Source: an uncultured bacterium | Lineage (GTDB): Bacteria; Patescibacteriota; JACMRA01 | DNA length: 64,000 nucleotides | Reading direction: 5' to 3' | Assembly (NCBI GenBank): GCA_963704645.1 | Contig: OY969926.1 | Location: 320,001 to 384,000, forward strand | Shown: piece by piece, positions 20,655 to 31,254 of the stretch | Layout: every line of letters starts with the position of its first letter | Numbering within the stretch: the first letter of the stretch is position 1 | Program-made: the position numbers and the translations under genes | Notes under the pieces: model-generated | What the model saw: only the letters and a program-made list of their open reading frames with translations | The model's database searches: none | Told to the model about the DNA's origin: nothing

Positions 20655-22778
20655 TTAATTTGCTCTGCCAGCCTGGCCCTCTAATACATATTTTTCACCT
20701 GTGAAGTCATCCGTTCCAATTATTTTAGATTGGCCAAACAAGTTGTTGTCGGTTGTAGACCCAGTTTCATAATTAATATCAAAGCTGATACTGGCAATTG
20801 GGTTTGAACCGCCTGTGTAAGCTGGTAAGTCTCCTGGTGTCCATGTAATTTGACCTGTAGCAGGGTTGTAAACCAATTGGGAAGATATGCTTGCAGGTGT
20901 AATACTTGCTTGTAGCCAGCTGGTTGGCGGAAGATTGGTTGTAGTTGTAATTACAGCTCCGTTTACTTTGTTTTGCAAAGTTTTAAGTGACCAGGTTACA
21001 GTGTAAGTTCTTAAATTAGAAGGGTTAGACGGTACAACTTTTGAAGTTATTGTTTGTGAAAATTGCAAGTCTCCTTTAGCTTTATATAATTCCCCTGAAG
21101 TCTCAATTTGTTCTAAATTAGTTGCTTTAGCCTGAGCTCTTGGTCTTAAAGTATATGCTGTCTGATTTAAACCAGAGTTAATAAATCCATCTCCAGATTT
21201 AGTTCTTATAGTAAAACTTACACTGCCTTTTTGTTGAGGTACAACATTAGAGAAACTTGGATTTCCGCTACTTCTCCATTGTATAACTTTGTTGCTTAAA
21301 TTACCAGAAGCCCCGCCCACATAAGAAATAGTGCTATAATCTAAAATACCAGCAGGATCATCTAGAAAACCTAGTACTTCTAAGTTCTGTAAAGTTTTAG
21401 AACTCTTATTTTCATAGTTAACAGTAACAACTAAAGCTTCATTTTGCCTAAAAGTTTTTGTTGAATCACGACCTTCAATAACTGCGCTAATGTTTAGCGG
21501 TTGAGAAACTATAGTAATATCTCTTGCTGTATTAGCTAAAACCTGATAGTCGTTACCATTTTTAATAGCTATTTCCATTGTAAATATTTGCTTACTTTGG
21601 TCGGCGCCTGAAAGTATTCCTCTTATTACCAAATTGGCTTGCTGCTGTGACGGTAGAGAAGGTATATTCCATAAATTGTTCCCATTGTCTGGTGTGGTTT
21701 TAGGTGAAGATCCGCCGCCTAAGTTTAACTCTGAAGCTTGATATGTGAAGCTGTTTCTATCTGGATAACTAAATCTAATTTGCAGGTCTTTTAATTCTCT
21801 TCCGGAAGTGTTTTCAAAGGTGGCGTTAAGTTGGGCCGGACTACCATTTTGAACCTCTTGGTTTTGTGGAACTAATTGTAGCTTAATTTCTGGAGCTGTT
21901 ATTTTAGTTTTTGCCGCTGCAATACTTATACTTTTTCTGTTGTTAGGTTGGTTTGCTAAAGGGGAAGGGGTATAGGTAATGTCTCCTGTCATTATTGTTT
22001 CTTCGTCTATCTGGCCGGTTAAAACTCCTTCAAATTGAATTAAAACTTCACTGGTTCCAAGTCCGCTTCCTGCAATTCTAGCAAAGGAATACACTGTGCC
22101 TAATGTGTCGCTAGGTTCTGGGTTTACTGCTTTTGTAAATCTAAATGATTTATCGAATTTAAGCTTAATTTCCACATTCTCCAAGTTTATTTTTTCGTTG
22201 TTAGTAATTTTAACTCTCCAAGTATTTGGACTTCCAGCTGCAGAAGTTACAGGAGATTGTATAATTCCCACTACATTATTAAATGGCCCTGTTGGAACTG
22301 GAGGTCTGCCAAAAACTGCAAATAAACCAACTCCAAGTAAAGATATTCCTACTACCACTAACAAGATTAGCCACCATTTTTTCAACATCCAGTCTTGAAT
22401 TTTCTTAAAATCTATTTTTGAACCAAATTTAGCCTTAGCTTTTACAGGTTGAACTTCTTGCTGTCCTACTTGAAAATATTGATTCGTATTTGGCTGAGCA
22501 TATGTCTGATTAGGTGTGTTAGTTTGAACAGGTGTTAAATCTATAAATTCAGGCTGGGGCTGTCCTGCGCTTTGGGCGTATTGGTTTTGATAAGGGTTTT
22601 GTTGGTTAATTTGTTGATAGTTTGGAGCTACATTTTGAAAGGCATTCTGCTGACCGTTTTGAATTGGACTCTGAGCATTATTAGGAAAGCCATTCTGAGG
22701 TGAATTTGGCTGGTAGTTTTGATTGCCGTTTTGTGGTGCAGCTTGTGGGTTGTTTAAATTATCTGCCATATGTAACAA
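20655..22778 (-). CDS. Membrane-anchored surface protein with repeated Ig-like (DUF11-like) domains
   Basis: Q/N/P-rich N-terminus, one TM helix, repeated 'Y/F-EN-xS-xx-L-x-NL-x-I' and 'W-x-I-x-x-L' beta-sandwich patterns. Confidence 0.6.
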   Translation of the reverse strand: MLHMADNLNNPQAAPQNGNQNYQPNSPQNGFPNNAQSPIQNGQQNAFQNVAPNYQQINQQNPYQNQYAQSAGQPQPEFIDLTPVQTNTPNQTYAQPNTNQYFQVGQQEVQPVKAKAKFGSKIDFKKIQDWMLKKWWLILLVVVGISLLGVGLFAVFGRPPVPTGPFNNVVGIIQSPVTSAAGSPNTWRVKITNNEKINLENVEIKLKFDKSFRFTKAVNPEPSDTLGTVYSFARIAGSGLGTSEVLIQFEGVLTGQIDEETIMTGDITYTPSPLANQPNNRKSISIAAAKTKITAPEIKLQLVPQNQEVQNGSPAQLNATFENTSGRELKDLQIRFSYPDRNSFTYQASELNLGGGSSPKTTPDNGNNLWNIPSLPSQQQANLVIRGILSGADQSKQIFTMEIAIKNGNDYQVLANTARDITIVSQPLNISAVIEGRDSTKTFRQNEALVVTVNYENKSSKTLQNLEVLGFLDDPAGILDYSTISYVGGASGNLSNKVIQWRSSGNPSFSNVVPQQKGSVSFTIRTKSGDGFINSGLNQTAYTLRPRAQAKATNLEQIETSGELYKAKGDLQFSQTITSKVVPSNPSNLRTYTVTWSLKTLQNKVNGAVITTTTNLPPTSWLQASITPASISSQLVYNPATGQITWTPGDLPAYTGGSNPIASISFDINYETGSTTDNNLFGQSKIIGTDDFTGEKYVLEGQAGRAN

Positions 22779-22915
22779 ACTATAAATATCTTATGTATAA
22801 CAATAAAGGTTAGTGTTCTTGTAAAGGTTACTTGGTTTTCATAGCTTTGACAAAAAGTGGTGTTCTGTGGGATGTTTTTATTATAAACATCAACTTTTCT
22901 TGAAAATTATTTATT

Positions 22916-24838
22916 ATGAACATTTCTACTTTAGCTAAAATATTAGGTGTTTCTGTGGCCGGACTACGTGAGACAGGAACTTCAAAAAGCATTCCCGGTT
23001 TTGCTGGAAGAAATACACGTATTCCATATAATTCAGCTTTAGAAATTACCAAACTTCTTCGCCCAGACAAGGCAGCCAAGCTACAAAACGATGACAAAAT
23101 TTACTTGCCAGGCACAATGTCTGTAGCAAACTTCGCAGAAACTATTGGAAAAGCATCTGGGGTTGTAGTTAAAACCTTGGTAATGAATGGAGTAATGGTT
23201 ACTTTGAATGAAAAAATTGACTACGATACTGCTTCTCTAATTGCTAGTGAGCTTGGTGTAGAAGTTTTTCCAGATAATTTAGAAATTGAAAAAAATAACG
23301 TTTCCAGTGCAGACTTAAATAACCTGGCAATGTTTGAAACAGAAGGGATTGGGGGGGAAATTGTTTCGCGCCCAGCTGTAGTTACAGTAATGGGGCATGT
23401 TGACCATGGTAAAACTACACTGCTAGACACTATTAGAAAAACTAATGTTGTAGCGGGTGAGGCAGGGGCAATTACTCAGCATATTAGTAGCTATCAAATT
23501 GAATATAAGGGAAACAAAATTACTTTCATCGACACTCCTGGACACGAAGCTTTTACAGCTATGAGAGCCAGAGGAACACAGTTAGCGGATTTAATTATTT
23601 TAATGGTTTCAGCAACAGAAGGGCCTAAACCCCAAACTGTAGAGGTAATTGAAAGAGCTAAACTTTCTAAAACAAACGTAATTGTAGCCATAAATAAAGT
23701 AGATTTACCAGAATCCGATGTGGAAAGAGTAAAGCAAGAAATTGCAGCCTTCGGTTTGGTTCCAGAAGAATGGGGGGGTAACACACCTTTCATACCTATT
23801 TCAGCTAAATTGGGGACAAATTTAGACACTCTACTTGATACAATTTTGTTACATGCAGAAATCGCCGACTTAAAAGGACAAATTGGTGTGCTTGGGCAAG
23901 CTATTGTAGTAGAAAGTCATCTAGATTCTAAACAAGGTGTTGAAACTACAGTTTTGGTTTCTCGTGGAGAATTAAAAGTTGGTGATAATATTAGGTGTGG
24001 AGAAAGTGCAGCTAAAATTAAAAAGATTTTAAGCACAGAAGGTAAAGTTATTGCAGAAGGCAAGCTTGGAATGCCTGTGGTAATTTATGGTTTTTCTGAA
24101 CTTAGTTCCATTGGTCAAATCATTCAGTGTTATCCAACGGCTAAAGAAGCTGTAAATGCTGCCTCAATGGAAACAGCTAAGAAGATTGCTAAAAAGGGTA
24201 ATATTGTTCAAGCAGGAGCAATTACTGAAGGCCAAATTAACTTGGTATTAAAAGCCGACGTGTCTGGTTCTTTAGAAGCTTTAAAGGAAACAATTTTAAA
24301 AATTCCTCAAGAAAGTACAACAATTACAATTAAAAGTGCGGGTGTTGGCCCAGTTACTGAAAGCGATGTAGATTTTGCTAAAACAAGCCAGTCTACAATT
24401 TTGGCTTTCCACACTACTTTGCTTGCTGGTATTAACAAACAAATAGAAGCTGCTAAAGTAAATTTAATTCAAAGCGATATTATTTATGAAATTTTGAACT
24501 GGATTGAAGAACAAATTTTAGCCAATACAAAACATGAGGTAAAAATTACTGTGCTTGGTAAGTTTAAAGTTTTAGCTTTGTTTAAATCAGATAAAACTAG
24601 CGTGCAAGTTGTTGGTGGTGAAGTAAGTGATGGCAAAATATTTTCTAATAAAAACTTGCGCCTTGCTAGTTTAGAAGATGCTCCAACTTTGGAAATTGTA
24701 GAATTACAAAGAAACAAAGAGAAAGTTAAGGAAGTTAATGCTCCTCAGCAATTTGGTGTTTCTATTACAGGTAAATCTAAAATTAAAGTAGGAGATATTT
24801 TGGAATGCATAGATGAAATTGTAGTTGTAAATAAGTAA
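22916..24838 (+). CDS. infB: Translation initiation factor IF-2
   Basis: GHVDHGKTT, GAITQHI, DTPGHEAF, NKVD, LKADVSGSLEA. Confidence 0.97.
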   Translation: MNISTLAKILGVSVAGLRETGTSKSIPGFAGRNTRIPYNSALEITKLLRPDKAAKLQNDDKIYLPGTMSVANFAETIGKASGVVVKTLVMNGVMVTLNEKIDYDTASLIASELGVEVFPDNLEIEKNNVSSADLNNLAMFETEGIGGEIVSRPAVVTVMGHVDHGKTTLLDTIRKTNVVAGEAGAITQHISSYQIEYKGNKITFIDTPGHEAFTAMRARGTQLADLIILMVSATEGPKPQTVEVIERAKLSKTNVIVAINKVDLPESDVERVKQEIAAFGLVPEEWGGNTPFIPISAKLGTNLDTLLDTILLHAEIADLKGQIGVLGQAIVVESHLDSKQGVETTVLVSRGELKVGDNIRCGESAAKIKKILSTEGKVIAEGKLGMPVVIYGFSELSSIGQIIQCYPTAKEAVNAASMETAKKIAKKGNIVQAGAITEGQINLVLKADVSGSLEALKETILKIPQESTTITIKSAGVGPVTESDVDFAKTSQSTILAFHTTLLAGINKQIEAAKVNLIQSDIIYEILNWIEEQILANTKHEVKITVLGKFKVLALFKSDKTSVQVVGGEVSDGKIFSNKNLRLASLEDAPTLEIVELQRNKEKVKEVNAPQQFGVSITGKSKIKVGDILECIDEIVVVNK

Positions 24839-24880
24839 ATTAAAGTCTTAAAATAATTGGGTTACTAATACTTTTGGTTT

Positions 24881-25300
24881 ATGGAAATTAGACAAGTTCA
24901 CGGCCTTCCGCTGAAAATCTATACCGATTCTGCAGCCGGCTTTAGCTATCTTACTTTTTTAAGTTCTCAAAAAATAGAAAAAATTAGATTACCAAGAGAG
25001 TTTAGCCAATTTAAACAAAATTATTTACTTTCTCCAAACTATATTTTAGATTTAGAAATTATTAAGACTAAGAAAAATTGGGTTTTGAAAGATGTAATAA
25101 ATTCTTCTCAGGTGGTTAGTTTAAAATGTTGGGATGATTACTTAAAACACAGTGAACAAACTTCCATCTTACTAGAATTTTTAAGAGAAGAGCAAGAAGT
25201 GGATATTTTAGTTTGGCTAAAAAGCATTTGGTCAGATAAATTCGGTGGCTCTAATATAGATTTCAGGAAAGAGTTGGAAGTTAAGCTAGGTTTTGCTTAA
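24881..25300 (+). CDS. Short divergent RecO N-terminal-like protein
   Basis: OB-fold-like beta pattern (GLPLK...LTFLS..KIEKI...LEIIK...W-L); lacks the C-terminal/zinc domain. Confidence 0.35.
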   Translation: MEIRQVHGLPLKIYTDSAAGFSYLTFLSSQKIEKIRLPREFSQFKQNYLLSPNYILDLEIIKTKKNWVLKDVINSSQVVSLKCWDDYLKHSEQTSILLEFLREEQEVDILVWLKSIWSDKFGGSNIDFRKELEVKLGFA

Positions 25301-25552
25301 AGGGCGACTGGTAAAAGTGGTGTAGCAATGAATACTCACCTTTAAAGAATAAATAACATCCAATCAGCTAGAAACATCCATTAAATATATGTTTAGGCTT
25401 GGTGACTTTACTCATCACATATGCCTGAGATTATTCTATAAAAACAAAATCACACTCTATTGCAAGTGTGAAGTTTGAATTTATATTCTAACTATTTAAT
25501 CTTAAGATTTGTCCTGGACTGAGTTTCTGTAACTAACTAAAATCAGCATCAA

Positions 25553-26137
25553 CTACCAAACTATAACTAAACTTCCATCGGCTTTTTGATAAACTTTATA
25601 ATTGCCATTGTTAAATTCAGCTGTCTGATTTGCTGAAGTTGTAGGTTTAGATTTTGTTGTGCTTGTAGGTGCTGTATTAGAACCCATCATTTTAGTTTCA
25701 TTGTTAGTAGTAGTATTAGTGGCTGGGTACATTCTTGTTGGTACACCTGGCTTAACATCTCCACTGGAAATTAAATCTTGGGTATAAGATGAGTAGGCTG
25801 TTGTTCTGTAAAAACTAGTTTTAATTTGGTGGAGGGACATTACTGTTCCAATAACAATTCCAAAAAGTAAAATTCCAAAAAACACTAAGTATTCACTAAA
25901 ACCAAATTTACCGTTTCTGTGATGAATTGGTAATTTCTGAACTTCTTTTTCAATTTCGTGTTGTTTTATTTCAGCTTCTTCAGCTTCTTCAGCTTTATTC
26001 ATTTTTTCTGTAGTAATTTGGAAGCTGTTGTCACCATAAGTTTCGCCAAGGTTTAACTTTCTCTTTCCTTTTGTTTCAACTTTTGCAGTAACTTTGTTAG
26101 TAGGCTCTGCTTCAATTAATTTTTTTGTTTTAGGCAT
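25553..26137 (-). CDS. Hypothetical single-pass membrane protein
   Basis: 194 aa, one TM helix, Thr-rich C-terminal part. Confidence 0.6.
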   Translation of the reverse strand: MPKTKKLIEAEPTNKVTAKVETKGKRKLNLGETYGDNSFQITTEKMNKAEEAEEAEIKQHEIEKEVQKLPIHHRNGKFGFSEYLVFFGILLFGIVIGTVMSLHQIKTSFYRTTAYSSYTQDLISSGDVKPGVPTRMYPATNTTTNNETKMMGSNTAPTSTTKSKPTTSANQTAEFNNGNYKVYQKADGSLVIVW

Positions 26138-26437
26138 ATTTGAAGATATTTATTTTTGTTTAACTTTATTATAATTCAAACTTTTTGTATTGTAAAATTA
26201 GTATTGAATCAAGGATTAATTTCCCTAATGATTAAATTAAAAGAATATATTTTTTAGTAAAAGAGTATAACAAACAGAACGTTTTAAGTATGTATGTAAC
26301 TATATACATTTGCTATTAATATCTAGGATGCACCTGATAAACAATCAACTCCTTTTAATTAGAAATTATCGCAATTATAGAAATAAGCAACAGCACACGC
26401 AATTAAACATGTGGATTTAGCGATGTAAATAAAACTC

Positions 26438-27577
26438 TTACTCTTCCCCAGCTTCACTGGCTTCAAGCTTTTCATCATCTTCATTGCCAGTTGGTGCAGG
26501 GTGGCTCATTCTTCCTTCGTGTAGACGTTTTTTGAACTCTGTAAGAATAGCAACTTTAGCTTCTTGAATTAGTTCTGGTTGAGAGTATAATGCTGTTTTA
26601 GCACTTTCTCTACCAACACCAAGCTTAACAGTTTCTTTGCCGTTTAACTTAATGCTATAAGTGTTTCCTGTTTTTTCTACTACATCGTAACCCATTCCGA
26701 TATCTAAAATTTCACCTGCTAAAGAGAAAATTCCTGGCTCATCAAACATCATGTCTACTTCAACAGTCTTGAAAGGTGCGGCTAACTTATTCTTAACAAT
26801 TTTAACTCTTACTCTTTGTCCTACTGTGTCTGTTCCCGATTTTAATTGACCAATTTTTCTAATATCAAAACGTAAGCTTGCAAAGAATTTTAAAGCTTCT
26901 CCACCAGTTGTAGTTTCTGGATTACCAAACATTACACCAATCTTTAATCTAATTTGGTTAATAAACACAACAACAGTTTTAGATTTAGAAATTGCTCCTG
27001 TTAATTTTCTTAAAGCCTGAGACATTAATCTGGCCTGAACACCCATTTGGGAATCTCCCATATTTCCTTCAATTTCAGACTTAGGAACTAAAGCAGCAAC
27101 GGAATCAATTACAATAATATCAAAAGCATTAGATCTAACAAGATTGTCTACAATTTCTAAAGCTTCTTCCCCGTTGGATGGTTGTGAAACGTATAAATCG
27201 TCAATGTTTACCCCAAATTTAGAAGCCCATTCTGGGTTAAAAGCGTGCTCAGCGTCAATAAAAGCAGCAATTCCTCCAGATTTCTGAGCTTGAGCAATAG
27301 CAGATAAAGCCAAAGAAGTTTTTCCAGAAGACTCTGGTCCGTAAATTTCCACAATTCTTCCTCTGGCTAAGCCACCAACGCCAATGGCTAAATCTACAGA
27401 AAGTGAACCTGTAGAAATTACTTCAACATCTGCATCTAAAACTTCATTCATTTTCATAATGGCACCTTGTCCGAAAGATGTTCTAATTTGGGATACAATT
27501 AAGTCTGCCATCATCTTCTTATCTGCCATATCGGCTGGCATTGGATTTGCTGGTGTTGTGGTTGTTTTCTTAGCCAT
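26438..27577 (-). CDS. recA: Recombinase RecA
   Basis: [42 protein letters not shown]. Confidence 0.98.
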   Translation of the reverse strand: MAKKTTTTPANPMPADMADKKMMADLIVSQIRTSFGQGAIMKMNEVLDADVEVISTGSLSVDLAIGVGGLARGRIVEIYGPESSGKTSLALSAIAQAQKSGGIAAFIDAEHAFNPEWASKFGVNIDDLYVSQPSNGEEALEIVDNLVRSNAFDIIVIDSVAALVPKSEIEGNMGDSQMGVQARLMSQALRKLTGAISKSKTVVVFINQIRLKIGVMFGNPETTTGGEALKFFASLRFDIRKIGQLKSGTDTVGQRVRVKIVKNKLAAPFKTVEVDMMFDEPGIFSLAGEILDIGMGYDVVEKTGNTYSIKLNGKETVKLGVGRESAKTALYSQPELIQEAKVAILTEFKKRLHEGRMSHPAPTGNEDDEKLEASEAGEE

Positions 27578-27676
27578 ATAATTTTTACTTTATTAGTTAA
27601 ATATAAATGGTATTTGTTTTTCTCGTCAAAGAAAATTGTGGTCAAAGTCCAAAGTGCATTGCGAGAGCACAGTTAA

Positions 27677-27706
27677 CTGCCAACCTGAACTTGTTTCAGG
27701 GTCTAA
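27677..27706 (-). repeat. Palindromic repeat family A, short copy (inverted)
   Basis: Reverse complement TTAGACCCTGAAACAAGTTCAGGTTGGCAG. Confidence 0.8.
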
Positions 27707-27807
27707 GCGAATGGAATAAGGTAAAACAGATAGTATTTCTGCGTAAATATAAACAGCAATTGTCTGAAATGTAATATAACAATTATGATGCTACATTTTT
27801 CTTAAAT

Positions 27808-28617
27808 TTATGCCTCAACTTTTACCGTACTTTCTTTTAAATTAGGCTCTAGAACTTCTAAAAAAGTTTGGTTATATTCCGGGTGTTGGGTTCCCAATAA
27901 TCTGTCCCAAAAGTTAAAATATAAACTGTAGTTGTGGTTAAACTTTGAATGGTGCATATTATGGTGAGTGGGAGTATTAAAATACTTAGTAAATGGTTTA
28001 GTTACCCACCATTTTGGCATTACTTCATATCCTAAATGTGCATACATTGTGAACAATAAAATTCCACCAAATTGCCAAGTTAAAAACACTATTGGGTGAA
28101 GTGGAATAATGAAAACTATTAGGGGTAAAAATGCAAACTCAATTATAGTTTCCCATGGGTGAAAAGCGTAGCCTGTAAAAGGTGTTGGATCTTTAGAATT
28201 GTGATGCAGGCTATGAACTTTAGGCATTAATAGCTTGCTGTGCATCATACGGTGGAAGAAGTAAAAGTAGGTATCGTGAATAAAAAATACCAGAATAAAA
28301 GAAAATATTAAATACCAAATTCCTCCAAATTTGTTTATATCCGTATAAATTAAAGAATAATCTTTAGCTATAGCCCAAGCAATGGCCACAGTTACAAAAG
28401 CTAATAAAAATCTGTTAATGGCGCTCCAAATAATATCATGTTTAATTTTTTTATCTTCAAAAGGTTTGTTCTGAATTTTTCTTGCTGCAAAGTAATTTTT
28501 CATCCATTTGTTTGTTAGAAAATATAATAAGGCGGCAGGAACAAAAAAGATAATAAATCTTACAATAATTTCTAAAACAATTTCACTGGAAAGATAATTA
28601 AGAAAATCGGAAAGCAT
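27808..28617 (-). CDS. Sterol desaturase / fatty acid hydroxylase family protein
   Basis: His boxes HRMMH, HSLHH, HNMHH; FHPWE; YFNFWDRLLGT. Confidence 0.9.
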   Translation of the reverse strand: MLSDFLNYLSSEIVLEIIVRFIIFFVPAALLYFLTNKWMKNYFAARKIQNKPFEDKKIKHDIIWSAINRFLLAFVTVAIAWAIAKDYSLIYTDINKFGGIWYLIFSFILVFFIHDTYFYFFHRMMHSKLLMPKVHSLHHNSKDPTPFTGYAFHPWETIIEFAFLPLIVFIIPLHPIVFLTWQFGGILLFTMYAHLGYEVMPKWWVTKPFTKYFNTPTHHNMHHSKFNHNYSLYFNFWDRLLGTQHPEYNQTFLEVLEPNLKESTVKVEA

Positions 28618-28888
28618 AGCGGTTTGTTAGTAATGGACAGATTGATTGTACCAAATTTGGTTAATGTCAAGATGAGTTTTTTAATAATTATTAGTTATAG
28701 TTTCTTAATATTTTTCTTAGAATCTTGCTTAAATATCCATCCGACAATTATTGTGTTTATCTGCCAAGAGTAAAGCAAGATCAAACCCTCCCATTTTGCA
28801 TTATTCAATAAGAAATTAGGTAAGTGTACCCTCACACCATATACCAAAAATGCAATAAAAAGCTCTTTGTTCTATCGTATTAATCCAC

Positions 28889-28964
28889 TTAGACCCTTAG
28901 GCCGACACTGACGCTGAGCCAAGCTCGGCTCGCACCAGCTTTTGAAACAAATTCAGGGTGACAG
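28889..28964 (+). repeat. Palindromic repeat family A, long copy with ~46-bp insert
   Basis: TTAGACCCT-[TAGGCCGACACTGACGCTGAGCCAAGCTCGGCTCGCACCAGCTTTT]-GAAACAAATTCAGGGTGACAG. Confidence 0.85.
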
Positions 28965-29047
28965 TTTACTATGACATTAGGTTATAATTGCCAGAAATGC
29001 GATGAATTTTGGACTTGACAAACTTGGCCAATTTTATCAGTGCTAAA

Positions 29048-29074
29048 TTAGCACTCTAGTTTATTGGTTGCTAA
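29048..29074 (+). promoter_or_regulatory. CIRCE element (HrcA operator)
   Basis: TTAGCACTC-N9-GGTTGCTAA versus consensus TTAGCACTC-N9-GAGTGCTAA, upstream of groES; TTGACA at 29015. Confidence 0.85.
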
Positions 29075-29166
29075 AATAGAAATTTAAGGGTACAATTGCA
29101 AAAGCCTTTGTTTCAACATTTTAGTTAATTAAAAACAGGGGCAAAAATAAAACTTATTTAAATTAT

Positions 29167-29463
29167 ATGACTATTAAACCCATAGGAAACAGACTTGTAG
29201 TAGAGCTGGTAAAGCAAAAAACTACATCTACTTCTGGAATTATTCTTTCTGCTGAAGAAAAAAACGAACAAGCTGTTGGTAGAATTATTGCCATTGGTAA
29301 CGGCTTGGGCTCCGATGAAAATATTACCAATTTAGGTTTAAACATTGGTGATAAAGTTCTATTCGGTAAATATGCAGGCGAAGAAATTCAAGATTCAACC
29401 GATGAAAACAAAATATATAAAATTTTAAAAGCTACTGATGTTTTAGCTACAATTCAAGTATAA
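29167..29463 (+). CDS. groES: Co-chaperonin GroES
   Basis: IKPIGNRLVV, TSTSGIIL, GDKVLFGKYAG. Confidence 0.95.
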   Translation: MTIKPIGNRLVVELVKQKTTSTSGIILSAEEKNEQAVGRIIAIGNGLGSDENITNLGLNIGDKVLFGKYAGEEIQDSTDENKIYKILKATDVLATIQV

Positions 29464-29511
29464 AATACTAACACTTAATCACAAAAATCAATCTTAAAAA
29501 AATTTAAAACT

Positions 29512-31143
29512 ATGTCTAAAAAAATTGTAAAATTCGGCTCTGAAGCTAGAAAAGCTATTCAAAGCGGTGTAAATACTGTTGTTAAAGCAGTTCAAAGTTC
29601 CTATGGCCCACAAGGAAGAACCAGTATTATTGGTCAAAGCTATGGCGCTCCAAATATTTCTAACGATGGAGTAACTATTGCTAAAGCTATTGAGTTAGAT
29701 GGTTTAGAGCAGTTGGGTGTTAGTGTAATTCAACAAGCAGCCTCCAAAACCAACGATGTTGCTGGAGATGGAACAACTTCTACCACAATTATTGCTGGTT
29801 CAATTATTAACGAAGGAATAAAAGTTGTTGAAGCAGGCTCTGACCCTGTGAAAGTAAGAATTGGTATTCAAAAAGCTGCCAGCTTTACTTTAGAGAAGCT
29901 AAATTCTATGGCTAAAACCATTCAGACTGAAGAAGAAATGGCCGATGTTGCTACAATTTCAAGTCGTAACCGTGATATTGGTTCTATGATTGCTAGAATG
30001 TTACAAACCGTTGGTAAAGACGGGGTTGTTACAATTCAAAATGGAGAAGGAAATACTATTGAAGAAGAGGTAACCAAGGGAATGCAATTTGATAAAGGTT
30101 ACAAGTCTCCATATTTTGTTACCGATACTTCCCGTATGGAAGCTGTCTACGAAAAGCCTCTAATTTTAATTACAGATAAAAAAGTAGTTTCTATTCAAGA
30201 AGTTATTCCAGTAATTGAGCAAATGGCCCAAGCAGGTAAAAAGGACTTGGTTATTATAGCCGAAGATGTTGAAGGTGAAGCCATGGCAACATTTATTCTG
30301 AATAAAATTAAGGGAATTTTTAATGTTCTAGCTATTCAAGCACCTGCTTTTGGAGAACGAAGAAAAGCCATGTTGGAAGACATTGCTGTGCTAACTGGTG
30401 CAACATTTATTTCATCAGATTTAGGAATGAATTTAAAGGCTGTTACTATAGAAGATCTTGGTTCGGCTGATAAAATAATTACTACAAAAGACACAACAAC
30501 AATTGTTGGTGGAAAAGGTGACAAGGTTGTTTTAGAAGAAAGAATTAATATTCTAAGACAGGGTGTAGCAGAAACAACCAGTGAATATGATAAAGAAAAA
30601 CTAGCTGAAAGACTTGCTAAACTTGCAGGTGGAGTTGGGGTTATTAAGGTAGGTGCAGCCACAGAAATGGAAATGAAAGAACTAAAATATTTGGTAGAAG
30701 ATGCATTAAATGCAACTAAAGCAGCTATTGCAGAAGGTGTTGTGCCAGGTGGAGCTTCCACTTTTGTAAGAATTGCTAAAGAGCTTGAAGCTTTAAATAG
30801 CACTAATGAAGACGAACAGGTTGGAATTAATATTTTCAAAAAGGCTTTGCTTGCACCATTTAGAGCTATTGCCCAGAACAATGGAATTTACGACATTTCT
30901 ATTTTGGTTAATCAAATTGAAAATTCTGGTAAATCTGGTTACGATTTCAACCAAATGAGAATGGTAGAAGATATGATTAAAGCTGGAATTATTGACCCAG
31001 TCTTGGTTCTAAAACAAGCTATATTAAACGGTTCAAGCGTAGCAGGCTCAGTAATTACAACAGAAGTAGCAGTAGCCGACGAACCAAAAGAAGAAGCTGG
31101 AAACGGAGGAGGAATGGGTGGTATGGGAGGAATGGATTACTAG
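29512..31143 (+). CDS. groEL: Chaperonin GroEL
   Basis: NDGVTIAK, AGDGTT, GMQFDKGY, C-terminal GGM repeats. Confidence 0.98.
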   Translation: MSKKIVKFGSEARKAIQSGVNTVVKAVQSSYGPQGRTSIIGQSYGAPNISNDGVTIAKAIELDGLEQLGVSVIQQAASKTNDVAGDGTTSTTIIAGSIINEGIKVVEAGSDPVKVRIGIQKAASFTLEKLNSMAKTIQTEEEMADVATISSRNRDIGSMIARMLQTVGKDGVVTIQNGEGNTIEEEVTKGMQFDKGYKSPYFVTDTSRMEAVYEKPLILITDKKVVSIQEVIPVIEQMAQAGKKDLVIIAEDVEGEAMATFILNKIKGIFNVLAIQAPAFGERRKAMLEDIAVLTGATFISSDLGMNLKAVTIEDLGSADKIITTKDTTTIVGGKGDKVVLEERINILRQGVAETTSEYDKEKLAERLAKLAGGVGVIKVGAATEMEMKELKYLVEDALNATKAAIAEGVVPGGASTFVRIAKELEALNSTNEDEQVGINIFKKALLAPFRAIAQNNGIYDISILVNQIENSGKSGYDFNQMRMVEDMIKAGIIDPVLVLKQAILNGSSVAGSVITTEVAVADEPKEEAGNGGGMGGMGGMDY

Positions 31144-31166
31144 TAGCGGAACCCCCTGCGGTTCCG
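31143..31166 (+). repeat. GTAG-tagged REP-like palindrome directly after the groEL stop
   Basis: GTAG-CGGAACC-CCCTGC-GGTTCCG. Confidence 0.65.
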
Positions 31167-31225
31167 AAATCTGGAAATTATAAAACAAAAAGTGTTTAAT
31201 AAAAACAAAACAAAGACAAAGAAAT

Positions 31226-31254
31226 AGAGGGCTTCGACCCTCTTAAAGTTTTTT
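31226..31254. terminator. Probable bidirectional terminator
   Basis: AGAGGG-CTTCGA-CCCTCT between convergent genes, with a T tract downstream and an A-rich tract upstream. Confidence 0.6.

Noticed and set aside
25301-25430. Possible ZTP (pfl) riboswitch: GCGACTGGTAAAAGTGG ... TGCCTGAG
   Set aside because: The match is partial, the conserved CGCCUGGG is absent, and there is no downstream gene on that strand.
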